A DNA stretch of 64,000 bases from Escherichia phage vB_EcoM_VR20: sequence record NC_028894.1, one strand, 5' to 3'. Below, in pieces: positions 53,398-63,992 of this stretch (positions within the stretch are counted from its first letter, which is position 1; the number at the start of each line of letters is the position of its first letter). The position numbers were made by a program, and so were the translations under genes. The notes beneath the pieces are model-generated. The model saw only the letters and a list, made by a program, of their open reading frames with translations. It did not search any database and was not told where the DNA came from.

Positions 53398-56300
53398 ATG
53401 GCCGATATTTTAAAACCAGCATTCAGAGCAACATCCGGTCTCGATGCTGCTGGTGAGAAAGTCATTAATGTCGCGAAAGCTGATTACTCAGTTTTGTCAG
53501 ACGGCGTTAACGTAGATTTCTTTATAGAAGAAAACACAGTTCAACAATATGATGCAACGCGCGGATACAAAAAGAACTTCGCAGTTATTAATGATAACCG
53601 TATTTGGGTTGCTCAGCGTGATATTGATGCTCCAGCAGGAGCATTTACCCCTCAGTATTGGTTAGCAACCCGTACTGACCCTAAATGGGAAACTGTTGCA
53701 TCTCCAACTCGTCAGCTTAATTCAGGTGAATTTATCGCAGTCGACTCAGCTGCAAGCTTTACCACATTTACATTGCCTCCGAACCCGACTGATGGTGATA
53801 CCATCGTTATTAAAGATATCGGCGGCAATACTGGTTATAATGAAATCAAAGTTCAATCGAGCAACGTGCCTGGTCAAGGTAACCAAAAAATTGTTCGTTT
53901 TGGTAATCAGTATTCAGAAGTTTTAATTACCAAACCGTTCTCTTATAATATGCTTATTTTCTCCAACCGCCTTTGGCAGTTCTGGGAAGCAGGTAACGAA
54001 GAACGCGGAATAAGAATTGAACCAAGCTCTGGTAAATATCGAACTCAAGCATCAGATTTTATTATGCGTCATTATACGACTGCAGAAAAAATTACATTTG
54101 TTCTTCCTAAGTATGCTAACCAAGGTGATATTGTCAAATCGGTAGACATAGATGGATTAGGGCCATTATATCACCTGGATGTTGAAACGTTTGACGAGTC
54201 AAGCTCTCTGGGTAAACAGGGCCAACACAGTATGGAATTCCGTACAACTGGTGATGGCTTCTTCGTGTATAACGCAGTTGAAAAACTGTGGGTAACCTGG
54301 GACGGTGATAACAAAACTCGTTTGCGTGTAATTCGTGACAATGTAAAATTGTTACCAAACGAAAGTATCATCGTGTTCGGTAATGATAACAACACCTCGC
54401 AGACAATTAACATTGACCTTCCAACAGGTGTTCGTCAGGGTGATGTTGTTAAGATTGCTCTGAACTATCTCCGCAAGGCACAGACGGTTAATATTAGAGC
54501 TTCGGCTACTGATAAAATTGCATCTTCTGTTCAGTTGCTTCAGTTCCCGAAACGTTCGGAATATCCGCCGGACACTGAATGGGTATTTGTTGACTCTTTG
54601 ACTTTCAATGGTAATATAAGTTATACTCCGGTTATTGAATTAAGTTACATGGAAGATACGGTTAATAACATTAACTACTGGGTTGTTGCTCAGAACGTTC
54701 CGACTATTGAGCGTGTTGACTCGAAGGATGATTTGACCCGTGCTCGTCTGGGTGTTATTGCATTAGCTAACCAGGCTCAGGCTAACGTTGACCATGAAAA
54801 TAACCCTGAAAAAGAATTAGCAATTACCCCGCAGACTTTGGCTAACCGTGTGGCTACTGAATCACGTCGTGGTATTGCACGAATTGCTAACACTGCCCAG
54901 GTGAACCAGGATACGACTTTTGCTTTCCAGGACGACATCATCATCTCTCCGAAAAAGTTAAACGAACGTACAGCTACAGAAACACGTCGTGGTGTCGCAG
55001 AAATCGCCACACAACAAGAAACTGATGCAGGCACTGATGATACTACCATCATCACTCCACGCAAGCTACAAGCTCGTCAGGGCTCAGAAAGCCTATCTGG
55101 TATCGTTAAGTATGTTCCTACTACCGGGACTACTCCAGCGACTTCTAGAGCAACTATAGGTACTAACGTTTATAATAAAAATACAACTACTCTGGTAATT
55201 TCTCCGAAAGCTTTGGACCAATATAAAGCTGACCAGAACAACCAAGGTGCTGTATATCTGGCTACTCAGTCAGAAGTTAACGCGGGGGCAACAAATACAG
55301 GATTCAGTAACTCGGCAGTGACTCCTGAAACATTAGGTGCCCGCAGAGCAACAGATTCAAACCATGGTTTAATCGAGATTGCAACTCAAGCAGAAGTTAA
55401 TACAGGAACCGATTATACCAGAGCTGTGACTCCTAAAACGTTGAATGACCGTAAAGCAACAGAATCATTATCCGGCATAGCCGAGATTGCTACGCAATCA
55501 GAATTTGATAGTGGTACTGATGATACTCGTATTGCAACGCCATTAAAAATTAAAACTAGACTGAATGATACTGCTCGTACTTCTGTTATTGCAGCAAGTG
55601 GTTTAGTAGAAACAGGGACGCTCTGGGACCATTATACGCTGAATATTCTTGAAGCAAATGAGACTCAACGTGGCACCGCAAGACTGGCTACTCAACTTGA
55701 AGTTAATACTGGTACTGACGATAAAACAATCGTTACTCCGCTTAAGTTGATGTCGAAAAAAGCCACAGAAGGCACCGAAGGTATTGTTCGCATCGCTACT
55801 CGTGCAGAAACTATCGCAGGAACAAGTTCAATCCTGGCTGTTTCTCCGGTTAGTCTGAAATGGATTGCACAGTCCGAACCAACATGGGCAGCAACCACGA
55901 CGACCCGCGGCTTTGCTAAGATGTCTGAAGGCGCAATTACTTTTGTCGGTAATGCAACTGCAGGTTCGACCCAGGCTCTTGACCTGTACGAGAAAAATAG
56001 CTATGCTATCTCTCCGTATGAGTTAAACAAAACCCTTGGTAACTTCCTGCCGCGTTTGGCTAAAGCAGCAGACTCGGATAAACTGGATAACCTGGATAGC
56101 ACGCAGTTCATTCGTCGTGATATTGACCAAATCGTTGAAGGTACATTAACCCTTAGAAAGAACATAAGAGTTGATGGTCAGCTGGCGACTGGTGGTACCG
56201 GTGAATTTGGCGGCTCGTTGGCGGCTAACTCCACATTTACTATACGCAACACAGGAACTCCGACCCGTATCGTTTTCGAAAAAGGTCCTGCCTCCGGTGC

Positions 56301-57297
56301 AAACCCGGTTCAGTCAATGAGCATCCGTGTATGGGGTAACCAGTATGGTGGCGGTTCGGATACGACTCGTTCTACCGTGTTTGAAGTCGGTGATGAAACA
56401 TCTAACCACTTTTATTCGCAACGGAATAATCTTGGTAATATTACTTTCAGCATAAACGGTACAGTTCAACCGATTAACGTTAATGCATCCGGAACATTGA
56501 ATGCTAATGGCGCGGCAACATTTGGACGTTCGGTGACAGCACAAGGTGAATTTATAACCTATAGTGCAAACGCATTTAGAGCTATTAATGGTAATTACGG
56601 ATTCTTTATTCGTAACGATAATGCTAATATCTATTTTATGCTAACTAATTCAGGTGACCAGACCGGTGGTTTTAATGGATTACGTCCTTTAGCTATTAAT
56701 AATGCATCTGGCCAGGTTACAATTGGCGAAGGATTAATTATTGCTAAAGGAGCTACTATAAATTCAGGTGGTTTAACTGTTAACTCAAGAATTCGTTCTC
56801 AAGGTGCTAAACCCGCTGACCTTTATTCTAGAAAACCTGATGCAGATAATACAGGCTTCTGGTCTGTTGAAGTTAATGACTCTGCGACATATAATCAGTT
56901 CCCGGGTTATTTCAAAATGGTTGAAAAGACCAATGAAGTAACTGGCCTGCCTTATTTGGAGCGTGGTGAAGAAGTTAAATCACCGGGTACATTAACTCAG
57001 TTTGGTAATACGCTGAATTCACTCTATCAAGACTGGATTACTTATCCGAATACGGCTAATGCCAGCACGACCCGCTGGACTCGTACATGGCAGCAGAACA
57101 AAAACGCATGGTCTGGTTTTGTTCAGGTCTTTGATGGTGGTAACCCGCCGCAGCCGTCGGATATTGGTGCATTGCCTGCTGATAACGCTTCGATGAGTAA
57201 CCTGACCATCAGGGATTGGTTAAGAATCGGTAACGTACGTATTGTTCCGGACCCAGTAACTAAATCCGTTAAATTCGAATGGATTGATACACCATAA
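53398..57297 (+). CDS. 34: long tail fibre proximal subunit
   Basis: 1299 aa against 1289 in T4; internal repeats. Confidence 0.95.
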   Translation: MADILKPAFRATSGLDAAGEKVINVAKADYSVLSDGVNVDFFIEENTVQQYDATRGYKKNFAVINDNRIWVAQRDIDAPAGAFTPQYWLATRTDPKWETVASPTRQLNSGEFIAVDSAASFTTFTLPPNPTDGDTIVIKDIGGNTGYNEIKVQSSNVPGQGNQKIVRFGNQYSEVLITKPFSYNMLIFSNRLWQFWEAGNEERGIRIEPSSGKYRTQASDFIMRHYTTAEKITFVLPKYANQGDIVKSVDIDGLGPLYHLDVETFDESSSLGKQGQHSMEFRTTGDGFFVYNAVEKLWVTWDGDNKTRLRVIRDNVKLLPNESIIVFGNDNNTSQTINIDLPTGVRQGDVVKIALNYLRKAQTVNIRASATDKIASSVQLLQFPKRSEYPPDTEWVFVDSLTFNGNISYTPVIELSYMEDTVNNINYWVVAQNVPTIERVDSKDDLTRARLGVIALANQAQANVDHENNPEKELAITPQTLANRVATESRRGIARIANTAQVNQDTTFAFQDDIIISPKKLNERTATETRRGVAEIATQQETDAGTDDTTIITPRKLQARQGSESLSGIVKYVPTTGTTPATSRATIGTNVYNKNTTTLVISPKALDQYKADQNNQGAVYLATQSEVNAGATNTGFSNSAVTPETLGARRATDSNHGLIEIATQAEVNTGTDYTRAVTPKTLNDRKATESLSGIAEIATQSEFDSGTDDTRIATPLKIKTRLNDTARTSVIAASGLVETGTLWDHYTLNILEANETQRGTARLATQLEVNTGTDDKTIVTPLKLMSKKATEGTEGIVRIATRAETIAGTSSILAVSPVSLKWIAQSEPTWAATTTTRGFAKMSEGAITFVGNATAGSTQALDLYEKNSYAISPYELNKTLGNFLPRLAKAADSDKLDNLDSTQFIRRDIDQIVEGTLTLRKNIRVDGQLATGGTGEFGGSLAANSTFTIRNTGTPTRIVFEKGPASGANPVQSMSIRVWGNQYGGGSDTTRSTVFEVGDETSNHFYSQRNNLGNITFSINGTVQPINVNASGTLNANGAATFGRSVTAQGEFITYSANAFRAINGNYGFFIRNDNANIYFMLTNSGDQTGGFNGLRPLAINNASGQVTIGEGLIIAKGATINSGGLTVNSRIRSQGAKPADLYSRKPDADNTGFWSVEVNDSATYNQFPGYFKMVEKTNEVTGLPYLERGEEVKSPGTLTQFGNTLNSLYQDWITYPNTANASTTRWTRTWQQNKNAWSGFVQVFDGGNPPQPSDIGALPADNASMSNLTIRDWLRIGNVRIVPDPVTKSVKFEWIDTP

Positions 57298-57305
57298 GAG
57301 GTATT

Positions 57306-58442
57306 ATGGAAAGATTTATGGCTGAATTTGGACAGGGATATGTCCATGTTCCCGTGCTTTCTGAAAATAACGCAGTAAGATATAAATTGTCGATTGCTGG
57401 GACTTGTACCAAATCGCCAAACTATCCCTACGTTAAGTTTCAAGATGAGGCCTTCGGGCCTCAGACATTCCAGAATGGATTAAACCTTATTGAGATTGAC
57501 CCAGTAACAAATACAATCACTGCAACCAAAAACTATGGTTTCACAAAAGACTATGATGTCATTTCACAGGCCTTTGTGACTTATATTAATTCCATCCCAG
57601 CGGGTAGGATTGTTTGTTTGATATCGCAGGGAAAATTGAATGCTTCCCAAACTTTAATTGATTGGTTCAGAACACATGGCTCGACTGCATTTCCGGATAA
57701 GTGGTTGATTGACCAAGTTGATACTTCGTATTCGGCTTTTTATATCTCTGGTCGAAATGCAATCGTTAAAGAGCATGTGCTATATAATGACGGGGTAACT
57801 GTTGAGGATGTATTGACTCCATTGGAAATGGTGTACGACGACTTCGCTGATGTGGGTGGCACAGGATTCCCTCTGCGCATCGTGGAAGACGGAAACACAT
57901 ATTATAGTAATAGTACACAAGAAATAAAACGCTTCCCCACAGACTCCCCCATCACTCCTGCGGCCGATTATAATATGGCCCCTGGTGATACTTTTTATCT
58001 GAAGTTTCAGCTGACATATGACCAGGCACTTAAAGACCTTGGAACAACTCAGATGTCTGTTCGATTCTTTAGTGGTCAGACGATGATTCAGTCAAACGAT
58101 TATGATATCCCATCTACAGGTCAAGCAAGTCCACCGGCTGGCGCATGGATGACGTTTGAACGTTATGTAGTTGTTCCACCGAATGCTGATGGATTTACAT
58201 TGTATGCAAGGAAGACCGTTGCTGCTGGACAAGGTGGAGTAAGGAATATTTTCTTTACAGAAATCGCGCGACAAGAAACACAAGCTAAATCTGCAGAAAT
58301 CGGTGTCAACGGCATAAGAATGGTTGTAGCTGGAGAACCGGGAAATCTTGGTAATGTCATTGCACAATTGAATGATAAAAATGCAACTAAAGCAAGTCAA
58401 TCTGGATTTGTATTTGCTGCAGAATTCCGTGAAAAAGAATAA
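57306..58442 (+). CDS. 35: long tail fibre hinge protein
   Basis: 378 aa; synteny. Confidence 0.9.
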   Translation: MERFMAEFGQGYVHVPVLSENNAVRYKLSIAGTCTKSPNYPYVKFQDEAFGPQTFQNGLNLIEIDPVTNTITATKNYGFTKDYDVISQAFVTYINSIPAGRIVCLISQGKLNASQTLIDWFRTHGSTAFPDKWLIDQVDTSYSAFYISGRNAIVKEHVLYNDGVTVEDVLTPLEMVYDDFADVGGTGFPLRIVEDGNTYYSNSTQEIKRFPTDSPITPAADYNMAPGDTFYLKFQLTYDQALKDLGTTQMSVRFFSGQTMIQSNDYDIPSTGQASPPAGAWMTFERYVVVPPNADGFTLYARKTVAAGQGGVRNIFFTEIARQETQAKSAEIGVNGIRMVVAGEPGNLGNVIAQLNDKNATKASQSGFVFAAEFREKE

Positions 58443-58463
58443 GGACCTTCGGGTCCTTTTTTC
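58442..58463 (+). terminator. terminator hairpin GGACC-TTCG-GGTCC plus T-run
   Basis: Directly after gene 35. Confidence 0.7.
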
Positions 58464-58465
58464 AT

Positions 58466-58473
58466 TATAAATA
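58466..58473 (+). promoter_or_regulatory. late promoter TATAAATA upstream of gene 36
   Basis: Exact box about 25 nt before the gene 36 ATG. Confidence 0.7.
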
Positions 58474-58498
58474 CTCTTATCTAATAAAGGGGAATATT

Positions 58499-59158
58499 AT
58501 GGCCGATTTAAGAGTAGGCTCAACGACTGGGGGCTCAGTTATCTGGCACCAGGGCAACTTTCCGTTGACGCCAGTAAGCAATGATTTATTTTACAAAACA
58601 TATAAAGTATATACAGAATTCAATAAACCGCAAGCAGCAGATAACGACTTTGTTTCTAAAGCTAATGGTGGGAATTATTTAAGTACAGTAAACTTTGATA
58701 AAGACTTACAATTTAAAGATTCCGATGGGTATTGGGTTAAATTGGGTAGAAAAACCAATACATCCCCAATGTCTGCTACATATTCTTTCTCATTTAGAAT
58801 GAGCAAAGGTATGGGTCTTGAGACATCGGATGGTACACCGTTTGTAATTTTCGACCCGACTACTGTTATAGGTGCAAACCGTCTTACTGTAATGGGTGAT
58901 ATCCTTGGTCGTCAAATTAAAGACGAATCAGGTCGAGTGTTTTCTCCAGGGAATACTCCGTCAAAAGCACAAGTTGGATTAAGTGATGTGGATAACGCAA
59001 AACAGGTCCAAATAAATAATAGTAACATACAATCTATGGCTGGCGTTCTTTCAGCCCCGAATTTCATATCTAGGAACCCAGGTACATTGAACGAACACGT
59101 TCCTCGTATTGACCAGGTTGTTCTTAGAGGCACATCTGAAGATTTTGGATATTATTAA
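58499..59158 (+). CDS. 36: long tail fibre distal connector
   Basis: 219 aa; synteny. Confidence 0.9.
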   Translation: MADLRVGSTTGGSVIWHQGNFPLTPVSNDLFYKTYKVYTEFNKPQAADNDFVSKANGGNYLSTVNFDKDLQFKDSDGYWVKLGRKTNTSPMSATYSFSFRMSKGMGLETSDGTPFVIFDPTTVIGANRLTVMGDILGRQIKDESGRVFSPGNTPSKAQVGLSDVDNAKQVQINNSNIQSMAGVLSAPNFISRNPGTLNEHVPRIDQVVLRGTSEDFGYY

Positions 59159-59166
59159 GAGGCATT

Positions 59167-62100
59167 ATGGCTACTTTAAAATCAATACAATTTAAAAGAA
59201 GTAAAATAGCAGGAGCCAAGCCTACTGCAGCTCAGTTAGATGAAGGTGAACTGGCTATTAACTTACGCGACCGCACGATTTATACCAAAACCGACCAGAA
59301 CCAGATTATTGACCTGGGTTTTGCTAAAGGTGGACAGGTTGATGGTGATATTCTCCAGAACGGCACATTTAACCTCAATGGTAATATGTTCGTTTACGCT
59401 GGTAAGTATATTGAATTTTTACCTAAAACTGCCGGTAATGGTGCCTGGGCTAACCAGCACTTGAATAAAGCTCCTATCTTTGCAGATTTAAGTTCAACTA
59501 CCTCAGTATCAGAATATCATCCTCTGATTAAGCAACGTTATAAAGACGGTACTTTTTCTGCTGGTACATTAGTAAACGAAGGTAGTTTTAAATTCCATTA
59601 TATTGATGAAACCGGTGATTCGAAATATTGGACTTTTAATCGAAATGGTAATTTCATCGTAGATTCCGGTAGTATTGAAGTTCGTACCGGTAATATTTCT
59701 GCTTCAGGCAATATAAACTCTGCTAATGGTATTATCACCGGTCCTGAAATTGTTACTAAAAATATTAATTTTAGTACAAAAACATTTGTAGCTAATGCTA
59801 ACATTGGATATGATTGGGTTTCTTTACCTACTTGGGTTTATAACCCACCGGCTGATGGTTCTGATAATACTACTAACGGTTTAAACTATTTGCGTAAATT
59901 ACGTGCATCAAGTGCATCAAGTATTTTCCATGAAATTGCCGATTGCCGAAAAGGCAAGCCACAAGAAATTTCTTGGTGGACCGGTGTAGGTCCGGCATCT
60001 TTCCAATGGGCGTTTGATACTAGTGGGCGTATTACTGCAGGTAAATCTATTTCTGTTGGTCTTCCTGATAGTGGTACAAACGGCCGTTATCCTTTAGATT
60101 CTGCGATTTCTATAGGTATTGCCATCGGTGATAACGATACAGGTATTAAATGGGTCCGTGACGGCGTTATCGATTTAATGGCCAATGGTATTTCATCTGC
60201 AACTATTCTTAATAACGGTATTAATAGTACTAAAAAATTGATGGTTGGATATAGTCGAGATTCTGGTTCTACTTGGGATTTCCCAAATAACAACCAAGCA
60301 ATGTTTACTGCTCGTACTGATATTGATGGCAATAATAACGGTGATGGTCAGACTCATATCGGTTATAACAGCAATTCTAAAATGTATCACTATTTCCGTG
60401 GCACGGGTCGTATGGCTGTTGGTATGGCCGAAGGGCTTATTGTTGAACCAGGAATTTTAGATATTAAAACCGGTTCTAATAGCGTTGCTATTAGAGCGGA
60501 CGGAACAATTAACTCCACCCAGCGTATTTCTATGCGTACGGGCTTGTTTTTAAATGGTGATGATAATACTAATGCTTTATCGTTTAAAGCGCCTTCTGGT
60601 GTTGATGGTACTAAAACTATCAATTGGGACGCAGGTATTCGTAACGGTCAAAACAAAAACACTGTAACACTTAAAGCTTGGGGTAACTCCTTTAACGCAG
60701 GCGGCGGTAACAGAGAAACTGTATTTGAAGTATCAGATTCACAAGGTTATTATTTTTATGCCCAGCGTACAAATCCGGCCGTTGCCGGAGGTATAGGACC
60801 TGTCAACTTTAAGTTTAACGGAACTGTTGAAACAGGCCATATCATAGGCCTTGGTGATATTACTGCTTCCGGTACAGGTTCTTTTGGTGGCAATGTTACC
60901 ATGACTAATGGCCTGTTTGTCCAAGGTGGTTCTTCTATTACTGGCCAAGTTAAAATTGGTGGAACGGCAGATGCATTAAGAATTTGGAATGCTGAATACG
61001 GTGCTATTTTCCGTCGTTCAGAAACAGCATTACATATTATCCCGACTAATAAAGATGCCGGTGAAAGCGGTGGAATAAGTAATCTTCGCCCATTAAGTAT
61101 TGGTCTTGATAATGGTATGGTACAAATGCGCCATTCTGTCACGATAGGCGATAATGGTACTGGCGGTAATATGATTACTGTGGACAACGATAGCAAACTT
61201 GTTGTTGTTACTAGTAATAGTCGCATTTCTCCTAATTTCCGTATGCAGATAGGACAAGCATCGTATATTGATGCTGAATGTACTGACACAGTTCGCCCTG
61301 CGGGAGCTGGTTCTTTTGCTTCACAGAATAATGAAAACGTCCGTGCTCCGTTCTATATGAATATTGATAGAGCTGATACTGGTACATATGTTCCGATTTT
61401 GAAACAACGTTATGTTCAAGGCAACGGCTGCTATTCATTAGGGACTTTAATTAATAATGGTAACTTTAGAGTTCATTATCATGAAGGCGGAGATAACGGT
61501 TCTTCAGGTCCACAGACTGCTGATTTTGGATGGGAATTTATTAAAAACGGTGATTTTATTTCACCTCGCGATTTAATAGCAGGCAAAGTCAGATTTGATA
61601 GAAATGGTAACATCACGGGTGGTTCTGGTAATTTTGCTAACTTGAACACAACTTTAGACCGCAAAGTTACCACGGGCTGGATTAATTATGTTGATAGTGG
61701 TTGGTATAAATTAGCAACAGTAACTATGCCTCAGGGTGTGGCTACGGCCCAATTTAAAATTACCGGTGGTTCTGGATTTAACGTTGGTATTTTCAGACAA
61801 GCAACAATTAATGAAATTGTATTACGCTCGGGTAATAATACACCTAAAGGAATTAATGGCGTTTTATGGCAGCGTGAAACGGATGCTATTAAAGACATAG
61901 CATATATTAATATCTCTGGCGATGAATATGATGTTTATATTAATTGTGGCACCTATTTAAATAGACTTACAATCGAATATAGCACGTCAGAAAATGCTTC
62001 AGTAGTAGTTCATGGATTATACGGGCCTACCCAATCACCAATAGCAGAACTTCCTGTAGACAGTGTTAAAGGACGCGTTTTTAAACTTCTTAACAATAGC

Positions 62101-63135
62101 TCAGGTGTTTTTGATGCAGGTAGTTCTAATATTTCTACAAACGCTACATTTGTTGCTAATACAACCATTGGATTCCGTCACAAATCTAATGGTGACGAAA
62201 GCGGTTCCGCTGCTACTTTGTTTTATAATGATGGTACTACGTTCCACATATTATTAACAGATAAAAATACCGATGCTGATAAAACTAAAGCCTCAGGTTC
62301 TTATAATAGCTTGAGACCTTTTTCTATTAATATTGCTTCCGGTAAAGTAACTATTTCAAACTCTATGAGCGTTTCTGGGTTATCAGAGTTTTATAATGGC
62401 CTTAACATCAAAAATAATGGAAGCATTAACTTTGATAAATCAGGTACTAACCCGAGAAACATGCGTATATTCCATGCTGGCGATGCTTCTCGTGGAAACC
62501 GTATTGAAATAGCTGATGACAGTAGTTACTTGGTTTATTTTCAACGTTATGCAGCCGGCGGCATTGTTTGTTCATTTAACAACTCTGATATGACCGGGGT
62601 GCAAACTCTTAACGTCGAGACCAAAATTAATACCCCACAAATTGGCTCATTTGGCGTTAATACGACCAACGCACTTGGTGGTAACTCGATTGCAATCGGT
62701 GATACTGACACTGGTATTAAACAGAGTGGTGATGGTATTTTTGATATTATTACTAATGCCGCCCGCCGCATGAGATTCCAGTCAGGTGATACTTATTCGG
62801 ATATGAATATTAACGCCCCGAACGTTTATATTCGTTCTGATATTCGTTTGAAATCTAACTTCAAACCTATTGAAAATGCTCTTGACAAGGTTGAACAACT
62901 AGACGGTTTAATCTACGATAAAGCAGACTACATTGGCGGTGAAGTTGTTCATACCGAAGCAGGTGTTATTGCACAGAGTTTAGAAAAAGTATTACCTGAA
63001 GCTATTCGTGAAGTTGACGACATTAAAGGTAACAAAGTTCTTACCGTTTCAACCCAGGCACAAGTTGCTCTGTTAATTGAAGCAGTTAAAACTCTGTCGG
63101 CTAAAGTTAAAGAACTTGAAGCAAAACTTAATTAA
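59167..63135 (+). CDS. 37: long tail fibre distal subunit, T2-type with C-terminal intramolecular chaperone domain
   Basis: 1322 aa; C-terminal IRSDIRLKSN...coiled-coil tail resembles self-cleaving chaperone domains. Confidence 0.95.
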   Translation: MATLKSIQFKRSKIAGAKPTAAQLDEGELAINLRDRTIYTKTDQNQIIDLGFAKGGQVDGDILQNGTFNLNGNMFVYAGKYIEFLPKTAGNGAWANQHLNKAPIFADLSSTTSVSEYHPLIKQRYKDGTFSAGTLVNEGSFKFHYIDETGDSKYWTFNRNGNFIVDSGSIEVRTGNISASGNINSANGIITGPEIVTKNINFSTKTFVANANIGYDWVSLPTWVYNPPADGSDNTTNGLNYLRKLRASSASSIFHEIADCRKGKPQEISWWTGVGPASFQWAFDTSGRITAGKSISVGLPDSGTNGRYPLDSAISIGIAIGDNDTGIKWVRDGVIDLMANGISSATILNNGINSTKKLMVGYSRDSGSTWDFPNNNQAMFTARTDIDGNNNGDGQTHIGYNSNSKMYHYFRGTGRMAVGMAEGLIVEPGILDIKTGSNSVAIRADGTINSTQRISMRTGLFLNGDDNTNALSFKAPSGVDGTKTINWDAGIRNGQNKNTVTLKAWGNSFNAGGGNRETVFEVSDSQGYYFYAQRTNPAVAGGIGPVNFKFNGTVETGHIIGLGDITASGTGSFGGNVTMTNGLFVQGGSSITGQVKIGGTADALRIWNAEYGAIFRRSETALHIIPTNKDAGESGGISNLRPLSIGLDNGMVQMRHSVTIGDNGTGGNMITVDNDSKLVVVTSNSRISPNFRMQIGQASYIDAECTDTVRPAGAGSFASQNNENVRAPFYMNIDRADTGTYVPILKQRYVQGNGCYSLGTLINNGNFRVHYHEGGDNGSSGPQTADFGWEFIKNGDFISPRDLIAGKVRFDRNGNITGGSGNFANLNTTLDRKVTTGWINYVDSGWYKLATVTMPQGVATAQFKITGGSGFNVGIFRQATINEIVLRSGNNTPKGINGVLWQRETDAIKDIAYINISGDEYDVYINCGTYLNRLTIEYSTSENASVVVHGLYGPTQSPIAELPVDSVKGRVFKLLNNSSGVFDAGSSNISTNATFVANTTIGFRHKSNGDESGSAATLFYNDGTTFHILLTDKNTDADKTKASGSYNSLRPFSINIASGKVTISNSMSVSGLSEFYNGLNIKNNGSINFDKSGTNPRNMRIFHAGDASRGNRIEIADDSSYLVYFQRYAAGGIVCSFNNSDMTGVQTLNVETKINTPQIGSFGVNTTNALGGNSIAIGDTDTGIKQSGDGIFDIITNAARRMRFQSGDTYSDMNINAPNVYIRSDIRLKSNFKPIENALDKVEQLDGLIYDKADYIGGEVVHTEAGVIAQSLEKVLPEAIREVDDIKGNKVLTVSTQAQVALLIEAVKTLSAKVKELEAKLN

Positions 63136-63136
63136 C

Positions 63137-63156
63137 AAGAGGGCTTCGGCCCTCTA
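63137..63156 (+). terminator. hairpin AGAGGGC-TTCG-GCCCTCT
   Basis: Between genes 37 and 38; followed by TAAGGA then the gene 38 ATG. Confidence 0.5.
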
Positions 63157-63166
63157 AGGATTTTTA

Positions 63167-63955
63167 ATGGCAATTGTAGGTGTTCCTGGTTGGATTGGAC
63201 AATCTGCCGTAGATGAAACGGGACAACGTTGGATGGATGCCGCTATGCGCGATGTGCGAGTTGCAGTACCCGGTTGGATGGGGTCGATGGCAGGACAATC
63301 AAAAGAAATTTATCTATCTATAGGGGCTAATAACTCTTATGATAGAAACTCCCTTATTAACTGGATGAGGGCTCAAGGTGGTGCGCCTGTAGTTATTACA
63401 ATCACCGGTAACTTAGTATCCAATAGCACCGGTAACGCTTGTTTGGAATTTCCTAGCAATCTTCCTAACGCGTATATTCAACTTATCATTAATAGCGGTG
63501 TGACTGTTTATGGCCGAGGAGGTAATGGTTCTACTAATGGTTCGGCAGGTGGAAACGGTGGTACAGCTATCCATAACGCAGCCGGAACTAAACTCCGTAT
63601 TCGTAATAACGGCGCTATTGCCGGTGGTGGCGGTGGCGGTGGCGCAGTATCATTGCAAAATAGCTACCCGACTAATGGTACATGCGGTGGTGGTGGTGGT
63701 AGACCATTTGGCGTAGGTGGCAAAATAGGCTCTGACGCTATATTGTCCGGTTCGAATGCGTCTTTAACAGCTGCCGGTACAGGTGGTGCTACAGTCCAAT
63801 ATGGTGGAGGTAATGGCGGTAACGTTGGAGCTGGCGGTGGACGAGGATGGGGCAAAAATGTTTATACCTCTGCAGGTGGCTCAGCTGGTGCTGCTGTCAC
63901 TGGCAATGCTCCTAACTGGCAAAACGTAGGAACTATTTACGGCTCAAGAGTCTAG
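63167..63955 (+). CDS. 38: tail fibre tip adhesin, T2-type gp38 with glycine-rich motifs
   Basis: 262 aa; N-terminus MAIVGVPGWIGQSAV and the GGGGGG blocks match T2 gp38, not the T4 chaperone-type gp38. Confidence 0.9.
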   Translation: MAIVGVPGWIGQSAVDETGQRWMDAAMRDVRVAVPGWMGSMAGQSKEIYLSIGANNSYDRNSLINWMRAQGGAPVVITITGNLVSNSTGNACLEFPSNLPNAYIQLIINSGVTVYGRGGNGSTNGSAGGNGGTAIHNAAGTKLRIRNNGAIAGGGGGGGAVSLQNSYPTNGTCGGGGGRPFGVGGKIGSDAILSGSNASLTAAGTGGATVQYGGGNGGNVGAGGGRGWGKNVYTSAGGSAGAAVTGNAPNWQNVGTIYGSRV

Positions 63956-63966
63956 TGCAAAAGCAT

Positions 63967-63974
63967 TATAAATA
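63967..63974 (+). promoter_or_regulatory. late promoter TATAAATA upstream of the next gene
   Basis: Exact box followed by AAGGAG and an ATG at 63993. Confidence 0.6.
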
Positions 63975-63992
63975 TCTTTAAAGGAGAAAAGT

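Noticed and set aside
60756-61289. 177-aa minus-strand ORF inside gene 37
   Set aside because: Antisense to the tail fibre gene; no expression signals.
63600-63870. Repetitive GGTGGTGGC tracts that could look like a short repeat array
   Set aside because: They encode the poly-glycine blocks of the gp38 adhesin and are in-frame coding sequence; no regular repeat-spacer structure.
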